Positions 53,277 to 64,000 of a DNA stretch of 64,000 nt are shown in pieces. The position numbers and the translations under genes were made by a program. The DNA lies in assembly GCF_006345805.1 (NCBI RefSeq), contig NC_043009.1, positions 35,464,001-35,528,000 on the forward strand, written 5' to 3'. Under the pieces are notes generated by a model that ran no database searches, was not told where the DNA came from, and saw only the letters and a program-made list of their open reading frames with translations. Source of the DNA: Octopus sinensis. Its lineage: Eukaryota. Within the stretch, counting starts at the first letter, position 1; every line of letters begins with the position of its first letter.

Positions 53277-53313
<37 letters not shown>

Positions 53314-53489
53314 GTGTATGTATGTACGTATGTATGTATGTATGTATGTATTGCAGATTTGTATGTTTTATGTATGTACTCTCATGCATATAGTTGCATA
53401 TATAGACATGCTCATATATATTTAAATGATAAACTTCTGGAAAGTTTTACAAACTTTTATAGTTCCAATGATGAATTGTTTCTGTAGAA

Positions 53490-54290
53490 TTCGAATTACC
53501 TTTCTCTTTCTGGTTTTGAGAAGCCTAATTTCTCAAGATTGATATTTACGTATCCCAGAGTCTCAAAAATTAGAGGCAGAAACCTGAAGTTCCAATCTGG
53601 ATAGAGTAGCTGCAGATTTCTCAATAGTTCAGCATAGGTGTTTCGCTTTTCAATGATCTTTAGTTTTATGTTAACATCCGCTGGGCAGCTAATGTCTACA
53701 ACTGTGCACAGTTTCTGTTCTCTATCCCAAATTATATTAGGTCTGTTGTGTTTACATTTTATTGAGGTCTTCATTGGGACATTTCACCAGCATTCCTTAT
53801 TTATTATAAGAGGCTATGGATTCTACCATATTGTGGATTCTTGCTTCTTTGTCCGCGAGATTATCCTTCCGCCAGATTTTATTATTGTGTGCCGTAGCTA
53901 CAACACCATGTCTCATCGGTAGATAATACCGTGACGACATTTTCAGACAACTGCTTTTGATGTGGGTGATGTCTTCTGTGTGAATCCTGCAAATTCTGCA
54001 TCGGTTGTCACATTTTACTGCTTTTCCTTCATCTCTGTCCCTTTTGTGCATCAGGTACTTGGTTGATACTTCCTGTTCCTAGATTGCAAACGCAATGTAT
54101 GTATGTATATTTTCAGCAGAATCAACCTCAATCAGTGTTTAGGCATAAGCAATCTTTAAGTCAGTTAAAATATGTTTCTGATATATTTCAACTTCTAAAG
54201 GCAAATACACAGCAGTTGTCGTGGAGAAACAAAGATGTAAAAAAAAACCCATAAGGGTTTAGTGTTGGCCCCTGTCAAGTTACTAGATAT
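53490..54290 (-). mobile_element. R4/Dong-like LINE 3' fragment (CCHC and RLE)
   Basis: CDNRCRICRIHTEDITHIKSSCLKMSSRYYLPMRH and KCKHNRPNII.WDREQKLCTVVDISCPADVN..EK.NTYAELLRNLQLLYP..LGYV. Confidence 0.9.
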
Positions 54291-54361
54291 AGTGCTTTTA
54301 AAACTTTCACTACAAGAGAGAATTTTAAAATAAACTTTACACACACATACACACACTCATA

Positions 54362-54394
<33 letters not shown>

Positions 54395-54609
54395 GCACGC
54401 TCACACTCGTGTACACACATGCATACACACACACACACATATTATAGAGGGTGACTATGCACATGGAATCTGTCCCAAAGCAAAGAAAGCGTATTGTATC
54501 TAACCATTACTGAATCAGATATTGATTTATATCACATTCTCTGAAAAATAGTGACGTTGGTTTCAGGTGTGCAACGGACTGAAACTCTGCTTCCCTGCAT
54601 TTCTAACAG

Positions 54610-54650
54610 AGTGGAGAGGGGAGAAAGAGAAAGTGTGTGTATAATCCGAT
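54610..54650 (+). CDS. Candidate peptide gene, coding exon 2 (SGEGRKRKCVYNP + AT)
   Basis: Acceptor CTCTGCTTCCCTGCATTTCTAACAG| (pyrimidine tract plus CTAAC); starts in phase 0 matching exon 1; 41 nt with no stop; donor AT|GTAAAA in phase 2 matching exon 3. Confidence 0.5.
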
Positions 54651-54760
54651 GTAAAACAAACAGATTTAAGGGAGAACGTGCTTTAGCACACGTTTTGTAT
54701 TTTTTTGTCCTCTCATTGATGTTTATATTCCAATATATATTGCCAACAGAAACACGTGTA

Positions 54761-55817
54761 CCAAGATGAGCTCAAAAGTTCATAGGCTAACTATGAGGGA
54801 GTGTTGCTAGAGTGTTGCATCAATTTCATGTCTTCTTATTGTTCAAGGAAGATTTCAAAAAGTAGTTAGTAGCGACTTCTCTTGAGCATTGACAAAATTT
54901 TGTATCGTGTTGTTTTCAAGTACCTTCAAAATAAAAGCTTAGTCCCACGGACATTCATCATGACATGATTGCTACATTAGGAAATGACGCTCCAGATTTA
55001 TTAAAAGTGGGCAATCGAAATTTAGAGGGGAAGAGAGATTCTTTAAAATGACCCAAGAGACATTGATCGTGTTTACCACATGGTGATGGATTGACAGGCG
55101 TTTGACTATAAATCAAATACCCAACGCTATTAGCTTGCCCCGTGAGAGTTTCAAATATTCTGCATAATGAACTTGGAGTGATGTAGGTTTCTGCTCGGTG
55201 GGTGTCACGTCTTCTGACACCTGATCAAAAGCGCACCAAGCTGCTCACATCATCTGATATTGCTTTAGAAATATTTAGCTTGGTTTCCTTGAACGTTTCC
55301 TAACCTAGGATGTGTGTTGGCTTCATTACTTTGAGCCAGAGATAAAGAAATAATGCATGTTGTGGAAACCCCCTCCCCACCTCTTTCAAAGCAGGACAAA
55401 GTAATTTCGTCGGTAGGGAAGGTGATAGCTTCTGTTTTTAGGGATGTAAAAGGCTTTGTGTCTATTGAGTACCTTCAAAGCAGCGAATTACAATGCCAAT
55501 TTGTTGAAGCAGTTTCAAAGACTATCAAGACCAAACGCTTTGGGAAACTGATGAACGGTGTATTGTTTCACGAGGTTAATGCTCCAACACAGGGATCCTT
55601 ACTTTGAATGATTATTGTGTGTGATTATGGCTTTGAACAGGTTGATCGCCATTTTTTATTCCCCTGATTTGGACCCATCTGACTATCATTTGTCCCTCAC
55701 CATAAAAAAGCACTTGACTGGGAGCCAGTATCGTAGTGATGTTGACAACATATTTGCTGTTGATGACATTCCATGAGAGTATCTTCGGGAGACTATGAAG
55801 TTTTCAGCTGACACTTG
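54761..55817 (+). mobile_element. mariner (DD34D, SETMAR-like) transposon, decayed and internally deleted
   Basis: Imperfect ~28-bp TIRs (GAGCTCAAAAGTTCATAG / CTATGAAGTTTTCAGCTG); translation DIHHDM..TLG..AP, DRRLT, SARWVSRLLT.DQK, FLT.D.CW.HYFEPE, GKVIASVF.D.KG, VLFH..NAP, YSPDLDPSDYHL. Confidence 0.9.
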
Positions 55818-55826
55818 TGTGTGCCT

Positions 55827-56100
<274 letters not shown>

Positions 56101-56231
56101 AGAAAAAGAACAACAATAATTTCTCTCTACCAAGGTGTATTGAATAAGCATTGATCCTTGCAATATTATTAGGAACATTTACCGTAGAAACTGGAACCAT
56201 GAGATTGCGAAAGTAACTTATGTCTACACAG

Positions 56232-56274
56232 GTGTGTGGTTGAACCGCTCCCTGAAGCACGGTGTTGTATTTGA
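56232..56274 (+). CDS. Candidate peptide gene, terminal coding exon 3 (G + CVVEPLPEARCCI*)
   Basis: Acceptor GTAACTTATGTCTACACAG|G; the first G completes ATG with exon 2; ends CGG TGT TGT ATT TGA; followed by unique AT-rich sequence with AATAAA hexamers. Confidence 0.52.
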
Positions 56275-56444
56275 TATAGAGATTAAAATAGATAATTTCT
56301 CCACGGAGTGATAGACTGTTCACAAATGGCCAGCAGTTCAGGCATTGAACATTCCTTATGTCATCTTCAACATTGTCATCAATATGCAGATAAACCATGC
56401 CAGGCCTAGAATAGACTTATTTACCATTTTTCAACAATTCCCCA

Positions 56445-56570
56445 AATAAACGCAACTGTTGCTATTATTCGTTCCTAACTCACATTTCACTCTCCTCTGT
56501 TTCAATAAAAATTCATTTCAGTAATTCCCAGGACTCGATTTTCACTGAAATAAACTTTCACTGAAATAAA
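56445..56570 (+). promoter_or_regulatory. Candidate polyadenylation signals
   Basis: AATAAA at 56445, 56504 and twice more near 56548-56570, followed by T-rich sequence. AATAAA is also common by chance in AT-rich DNA. Confidence 0.3.
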
Positions 56571-57147
56571 CTTTTCTTTTCACTTCGTATTAATGTTGTT
56601 TACTTGAGTTTGCCACGATACATACACTGTTCGGATGGTCGTAAAGCAGTCATGACTAGACTCCTGTGTATATTACATAAAACACAATATCAAGACACGT
56701 CGCTTTCATTTACATTCGTTAATTAAAAGCGTCTTCCATAAATAAACGTAATAATGACGTGTATATATGATTTGGTAAATGATAGCTTCTACCTAAAAAT
56801 ACCAATATTCATTTCAGACAATTTCAGTGACAAAGCAATAATATTACGAGACACGAAGAGTTTCCAGAAAGAACTAAATTCCTAATTTCTGTATTTCCTT
56901 ATTAAATTTAATATCTATTTTTTACTGTCTCTCTACTAGTTTCAGTTTTATATCGTGGTCAAGTCATAGTGCACTTTTAAAGAACTTTGTCTCCAGCACT
57001 TTGCATGGTCGATACAATATATAAGCTTTATATTAGAGTGCCGAAAATTAGCTAGATCGATCTAAATTACGATGAGTATTTCTGTCCCAACATATCGATC
57101 TTTAGGCAATATGGACATTATACACACAAACACACACACACACACAA

Positions 57148-57186
<39 letters not shown>

Positions 57187-57237
57187 TACACGCACACAAA
57201 TACACACACACACACACACATATATATGTATATATAT

Positions 57238-57467
57238 ATTTCTTTACTGCCCACAAGGGGCTAAACACAGAGGGGACAAACAAGGACAGACAAAGGGATT
57301 AAGTCGACTACATCGAACCCAGTGCGTAACTGGTACTTAATTTATCGACCCCGAAAGGATGAAAGGCAAAGTCGACCTCGGCGGAATTTGAACTCGGAAC
57401 GTAACGACAGACGAAATACGACTACGAATTTCGCCCGGCGTGCTAACGTTTCTACCAGCTCGCCGCC
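57238..57467 (-). mobile_element. SINE family B, full length
   Basis: Reverse homologue of 9078-9310 including the GGCGGCGAGCTGG head. Confidence 0.93.
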
Positions 57468-58049
57468 TTTATGTATATATATAATGGATAATAATACGAA
57501 TGGTTTATAGCTGGTAGCTATCTACTATCTAACCCGCTTTGTGATCATGAGTGCACCAAACCTCACGTGTGCGTATGCTCACATTTTTGCTGATGTCTGT
57601 ATGAACGAGTGTACTCGCGCCATGCATCTTGCCCTAGGGCGTTTATACATCTATATTTGTTAACGGTTATTTTTAATACTTTTCTTGCTGGATTGCGTGC
57701 TCGTTTCTCTCTTTGTCATCTGTGGATTTTATTTTTGATCTTATATACAAATGAAGATATTCCCTCGGTCTGACTGCTTTTCTTTCTTCAAAACGCGAAG
57801 TTACATTGCAGAACAGTTATTTTAAATAGTTGTATTTATTTATCACCCGACGAGATACATCTGCACCACTGGATGCTCCTGAACCAGTTATCGAGTGTCT
57901 CACCCATGAAGAATCGATGCTAGATGTGTTGAAACAATTGTCGTGATTAATAATAAATCATCGTATATTCCATCTTCCGTCTTTAATTTGGCATATATAT
58001 ATATGTACGTATGTGTGTGTGTGAATTTATGCATGTATGTATGTATGTG

Positions 58050-59450
58050 TGTATGCAACACTAGTTACGGTGTACCTAGAGGAAAAACTATATTCCCAGC
58101 TGCAGGAAACGTTTAGCCACGACTTCGCCACCTACATTAATAACAAATGGAAGCGTTACCTAGGCGATTGCTTCATCTTCTGGGATAGGAACCATGAAAA
58201 CCTACAAATATTCCATTCCATCAGAAAAAGGGTTCACGAAGCAATACAATTTACCATGGAATGTAATACAAAGGAACTACCGTTTCTAGATATCTTTATT
58301 GTTAAAGAAGGGGAAACTATCGAAAGTTACTTATTTTACAAGCCAACAGACATACACCAATACTTAAAAGTAAGACATACACCATACCGAAAGTAAGATT
58401 CCCTTTAACATACCATGATGCATCTGCTCCATAGTGACACACCTCATACTACAGGAAACATTTTATATGAACTAAAATATCTGGTGAACATCATCAATAC
58501 GGCCATTTCCAAGGCCCAGAACATTCCAATGACAACACTGAGAAAAACAAATCAAGAAAATAGAAAGGAAAAAAAACCCAGTTATCCTTTTTGATGTCAC
58601 TCACAACCCAATGAACTTCAACATTGTGTAAGCCGCCAAACGATATCTTCCAATTCTCTAGCTATCCCCCAAAATGAATGCAGTCATAAAAGCCTCACAA
58701 ATAATATATGGCAGACGCCAAGCACCCAATCTTAAAAAAAAAAACTGCTCACCCAGGCGAAATTTTCGTCTAACATTGAAACAATGCAAGTTAAGAAATG
58801 CGAGGACCCTCGCATTTGTCTATAATTGAAGAGGGTGGACAAATATCCTTTGAAAACAATGGGATTTTCAAACTTAATGCAAACATGAATTACAAAACAT
58901 AAAGCTTAATTTACTGTGCAAATGGCCCACAATGTAAAGAATACTATATTGGTGAAACCGGAACAGGACTGAGTTCGTGTATATAAATAACAAATTAAAG
59001 ACCCATCTATCAGAAACACCACTTGTAGTAAACACTTCGTATCATGCGGAAAGGGTAGATTCACAATTTTCCCCTACTTTAAGTGATGGGCAGACGACGT
59101 ACATTTCCGCAAACGTAAAGAAGAATTCTTCATTACGAAGTACAGACCACACCTGAACACAAAGACATGATACGCCACACCCCAAGAACGGGATTCTCTT
59201 CGGCTATTTTCTTTTAAAGATGTATATATCAAAATAGAAGTGGATGACGCCCACACTTTTAATCATTCAATCGTTGCAGAGAAGAAAAAAACCCGGAGAC
59301 ATGTACCTTACACCTTTATATTTCTGAAATTTAGCCCTCACCTTCTATCTTATAATCTATATGTATAAGTGTTTTTTAGTCGATTTAGGCGGTTTGCCAT
59401 TTTAAAACCGATGTTTTTATTCCCATATTTATCAACCTCTTATTCGTTTT
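58050..59450 (+). mobile_element. Penelope-like element, RT C-terminus and GIY-YIG, 5'-truncated
   Basis: YATLV..YLEEKLY...WKRYLGDCFIFW...IQFTME...ELPFLDI...FYKPTDIHQYL, then SLIYC...QCKEYYIGETG..QIKDP..CSKHF..KFTIFPYF..FITKYRPHLN. Confidence 0.9.
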
Positions 59451-59742
59451 GCACCTCCCGAGTTTATCATTCATAAAACACTTTACATGTGTTTTTTTTT
59501 ATTTATATGTAATTTTATATGTATATTTTTATATATTTTCATATATCTTCTATATATTTCTGAATGTTTGGTTTTATAATCTTTATACCCTTGGAGAATC
59601 TTTGTGCCTGTATATGCATGATTCATGTTAATGTATTTAAATATATATGTTCCAACTACATTTGGGTGAATGATTTTATATATATGTATACATATATACA
59701 TATATATATGTATATATATGTATATATATTATATATGCATAT

Positions 59743-59815
<73 letters not shown>

Positions 59816-59856
59816 TATGTATATATATAAAATAAATAATATACAATATATATATT

Positions 59857-59991
59857 GAATGGTTGTATACTGTCAATCTAACAAGAACGTAACAGTAGGG
59901 GGTACACCACCGCTGTATAGCCCTGGGCTATACAACGGTGGTGTACCCCCTACTGTCACGTTCTTGTTAGATTGACAGTATACAACCATTC
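59857..59991. repeat. 135-bp near-perfect palindrome
   Basis: 67-bp arms (59857-59923 / 59925-59991) centred on T59924, with 2 mismatches. Confidence 0.97.
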
Positions 59992-60104
59992 TTTCGCCCC
60001 ACCACCGTACATGTCTCTACGAGAGATTTAGAAATTCAATATTTCTTATAATATATATATTATATATTATTTATTATTTCATTGAGCGCAACCCATCCAC
60101 TTCC

Positions 60105-60141
<37 letters not shown>

Positions 60142-60500
60142 CAATTGAAATTTTCTAGGGTCGACTTTGTAATTATCATTCGTTGTAGATAGTATAAGCG
60201 CCACCAATAGTTTCAATTTAAGAATAGTATCCTATATTGTCCTTGTTTATTTGTTTTGTTCTGTTTGATTTGATTTGATTTTTATTTTATATTTCTTAAA
60301 ACAACAATAAATCTACAATGATCGATGTGTCTGAATAATGCGATATAAACAGTAACTTGTAGCGACGCTAGGCGGGTATCAATCAACAAACTGGGCTGCA
60401 CCACAACAACTATTCGACATGATTTGTGCTGTAATGTAAGAATATGTACTTTATTATCAAACGCAACTTTAATGCACAAATCACCTAGCAACCTTCATAA

Positions 60501-60649
60501 CAGTGGTTCCCAACCCTTATATTTAAATGAGTTTTCCCACGGATCCCTTTTTAATATGCTTATCCTTATGTATATGCAAATATGAAATTTTGAATTTAGC
60601 CCATGGACCCCCAGTACTACCTTTGTGGACCCCAGGTTGGGAACTACTG
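60501..60649. mobile_element. hAT-type MITE
   Basis: TIRs CAGTGGTTCCCAACC / GGTTGGGAACTACTG, GGACCCC subterminal motifs; flanks CTTCATAA / CTTTATGT resemble a degraded 8-bp TSD. Confidence 0.8.
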
Positions 60650-61371
60650 CTTTATGTATTTGCTCAGCCAGCTGGAAACAACAATCCAATCTCACTTATG
60701 CTATTATATAAGACTGTGCCCCATGTACATGCAAATGAAGTAACTTTGATTTAAAAATGCAATAAATAGTATACATCAATGCTAATGAAAGTGCATAATT
60801 GCAGTATGTTGTTAAATTTGTGATTTCTTTTTCAAAAAGCTTTAATTGCAAAGTGAAGGTTATTAACATATTAGGGTTGATTTGAAAATGTAGGCGTGTT
60901 TAGGGACTTCATTATTTTAACTGATTAAAAACTTTGGACACTTGGGGCTTCTAAGTTTAAAGAAATGACTATTATAATTTGAGCTAAGTGTTCATTTTTC
61001 ATAAAATAACGATGTATGTTTAGACGAATGAATTACACGCAAGAGGTTTCATAAACACTGATCCATATAATCTGATGGCTGAAATTAATTATTAACATTA
61101 TACGAAAGTGAAAGCAGACAACAAACATTACCTTGAAAGCTAACTTATTACAGTTATGGCTTATGAATATGTATAAATTCTAATTAGTTTTCAGTGTTAA
61201 TGTTTGATATATCTGAGTGTTTTGTGTTTATTTCATGTTGCTATCTTCTGTTTCAATTCTTGTAATTTCTAAACAGTCTTGTTTTCTTACTTTTTAAAGG
61301 GAATGATCCGAAGGAAAACCTTCCTCGGAAGTACTCAAAATTCTGCATTCATATTCTTTGTTATGGGGATA

Positions 61372-61382
61372 ATAATAATGAT

Positions 61383-61466
<84 letters not shown>
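61372..61466. repeat. (AAT)n microsatellite
   Basis: Visible array. Confidence 0.97.
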
Positions 61467-61467
<1 letters not shown>

Positions 61468-61469
61468 GA

Positions 61470-62470
61470 ATACGCCTCCCACATGACGTGTGGTATATGC
61501 TACTCGTTACAAATACTGTGACTTAGGAGGTCGAGCTTCCGAGAAGCCGACGAAATCGGTCATAAATTGTCGTGTCTTACTTGTCTAATTAACTATACTG
61601 CTATACCGGAGTGGACGTCACAACAGTCCGACGTTGGATTACAACAGTGGCGACGAGGAATTAACGAACTGGCAAGGAGATATGAAACTCACAAAAGTAT
61701 AAAAAATCGTTCGAGTTGCAAAAACAGCAACAACAACTACAAGATGAAGAAGAACAACGACAGCAACTTCAAGAACAACAACAATTGCTAGTGCAAGATC
61801 CACAACAACAACAATTACTATTACAGCAACAAATGCTGCAATAAATGAATGTTCTCGCTAGATTATGTTGCAAAATCAATAATGGAATCTAAATATGGAC
61901 CAGACGAAGGCGTACAATAGAGGATACGAACAGTTCTTCAATAAAGACTGCAAAGATAGGGACGACGATATGAAAACGTGTCTCATCCTAGGAAAACTGG
62001 CAGCAAAGACACATGAGTGTTACTGCAATTATGTACTCCATAAAAAAACCTTTTGTCATAAACTTTAGAAATACAATAGACATATGTGTGTAAATTTTTT
62101 AGCGAGGAAAGCTCGTTGTTTAATACACGCTGGAAATGTTTGAACCTAGAAAAGAACAACTACATTACATATGCTGGTAGAGTTAACAGGGAATGCAAAA
62201 AGTTCAGACTGGACGAATTAACACCGGCATGTTCAAGTGCAAGCTGCAGAAAAGGACGCAGAAGTAAGAACAAGAACTCTCGCTAAATTGGAACAAATTT
62301 AGAAGAGTGTGAAAGAATAGTAAATTCAAGACATGACACAGAAAAAAAATTGAACATAAAGATTGCTTCCAAGTGAAAGAAGTGCATCGAAAAAAGAAAC
62401 AGGCAGAATAGAAATCAAGTGTGTACTAAAATATAGTACAAACAGAACAAAAGTCAGAAACAAGCCCAAG
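61470..62470 (+). mobile_element. Ty3/Gypsy 5' part: LTR end, PBS and gag remnant
   Basis: LTR ends ...TTACAACA (61646); PBS TGGCGACGAGGA (61648-61659); Q-rich gag start, then LILGKL..HE.YCNYVL, SLFNTRWKCLNLEK..YAGRVNREC.KF.LDELT, DAEVR.R.LAKLEQ. Confidence 0.85.
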
Positions 62471-62539
62471 ACTGACCATGGAAAGGTTTCCCTTCAATAT
62501 GTTTAATATGTTCTCTTCGAATTTTATTCTTGTCCTTTT

Positions 62540-63960
62540 CTCCTAATCTACGCTTGATCATTGTTCTTTATTCGCTATCATTTATAATTTCTCAGTGCTG
62601 TTCTGTAAATATTCTAGTAAGCTTTTTCTTATCATCTGTACACACTCTTCCTCAGGAGTTAAACATTTTTAGCCACTGGTAATTTGATTCCTCCCGTCAT
62701 GTTATATTTCAACAAGTACTCTCGGATGGTAGACTCCGTCCATTGGCAACGGCTTTCTAGCTTTTCTGCTAAGTTTCTGTACATTACTTTATCTACAATT
62801 CTACAATTCCAGCTCCATATGTGATTACCGGTGCTGCTCTTCAATAACACTTTTTTCAAATTCAACTGTAAGATTTTTCTCACTCTCCTTGTATTCTCTC
62901 CACTGATAATTTGATTCATGCCGCCGTTTGGTATTAAAGAGTGCACTGTATTGATAATAAAACAAGGTAGATTTGAAGGAAGACAGGAATTTGAAGACAG
63001 GGATCCTCCACTGGTTTCATTGTTTTCCCATTTGTCTTCCTTCAAATCTACCTTGTTTTATTATGAATACAGTGCACTCTTTAATACCAAATTCCATACC
63101 TATTTCATTTGAGAAAATGCGTTGAGTATAAACAAGATTTTCAAGCAGCTTCTCATTTTTCGCGTAAAGATTTATATCATGCATAAGAAGGAAAACATTT
63201 AAAGATTTATTTGCCTATATCCTTATCTGCCGATATGGGGTAATGAGCTCACATCCCATTCCCCCATCCAAGTGCCCCAGTTCTTTTCGTGTGTTTTCCA
63301 ACTTCATCTATATTCTCTTCTTCCAGTTTAGTATTTTATTTTCCTTCCCCTTCTTTTCTTCCACAGTCTTCTCCCTGTATCCTACAACATTAGCAGCAGC
63401 TATAATTCGCTGGTTTGTTTCACTGATGCTCTTTGTTTTAACCAAGCTCAAAACACCATTTACTCTGTGACTCTCTTTACTTTTCCTCTCACCATATACC
63501 TTACATTTGGTGGTACTTCATTGCTCACATCACATATTTTTCCACGTAGCATTTCTAGAATCTTCGTCTCTTCATCTTTCAAGTCTCGTACAACATTTAT
63601 TGTCACTTGTCCAGCTAGGTCATCTTCAAAATTTACTCCATCAATATTCTGAAACACATAGAATTTTCCTTTTTTCATTTTCTTCGTCTCTTATCTCATT
63701 ACCACTTTCAAATATTGTTGTTTTACACTCTTCCCGGCCCTTTCTATTTTTCTCTGCAATTTTTCAATCTCCGGTCCTATAATACAATCATACATACACA
63801 TTTTCTTTGCCTTGTCAATTAATCTTTGTGTGGAACCTTCATAGACTCTCTTTTCATTCCAAATTCTCTTCATTCGTTTCATGAAACCTCATTTACATGG
63901 CTTAATTGTAACCCACATTCAATCACAATTTTATTTAACACTTTTTACCATTTCATTTTC
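62540..63960 (-). mobile_element. R4/Dong-like LINE N-terminal ORF remnant
   Basis: KRMKRIWNEKRVYEGSTQRLIDKAK and EVPPNVRY..R.KVK resemble N-terminal regions of R4/Dong-type ORFs; frameshifted. Confidence 0.6.
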
Positions 63961-64000
63961 CTTCCTCTGCACTTTTGATTTCGATTCTGATTCTGATCGA

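Overview
This is AT-rich, microsatellite-dense eukaryotic DNA. The tRNA-derived SINE families and TE repertoire point to an octopus (coleoid cephalopod) genome; that is my inference from recognising the families, and no search was run. Almost everything is decayed mobile DNA: about 10 Penelope-like (PLE) RT/GIY-YIG remnants, three Ty3/Gypsy (K02A2.6-like) pieces (one with 3' LTR+PPT, one with LTR end+PBS), three R4/Dong-like LINE pieces, L1/Tx1- and CR1-like scraps, three Tc1/mariner remnants, MITEs, a Helitron-derived HINE-like element and about 12 SINE copies. Most ORFs in the supplied track are translated microsatellites or TE debris. The main discovery is not in the ORF track. It is a hand-assembled, phase-consistent three-exon gene on the + strand (43589-43651, 54610-54650, 56232-56274) that would encode a 48-aa secreted precursor, MQRYHSLILFIMFCLSIVLSQSGEGRKRKCVYNPMCVVEPLPEARCCI. 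It has a signal peptide, an RKRK basic site and a C-x5-C-x9-CC peptide, with CCAAT/TATA-like motifs upstream and AATAAA signals downstream. The window is also rich in long inverted repeats (1.7 kb, 1.2 kb and 1.0 kb foldbacks; 300-bp and 135-bp hairpins), several of them inside the candidate gene's first intron.
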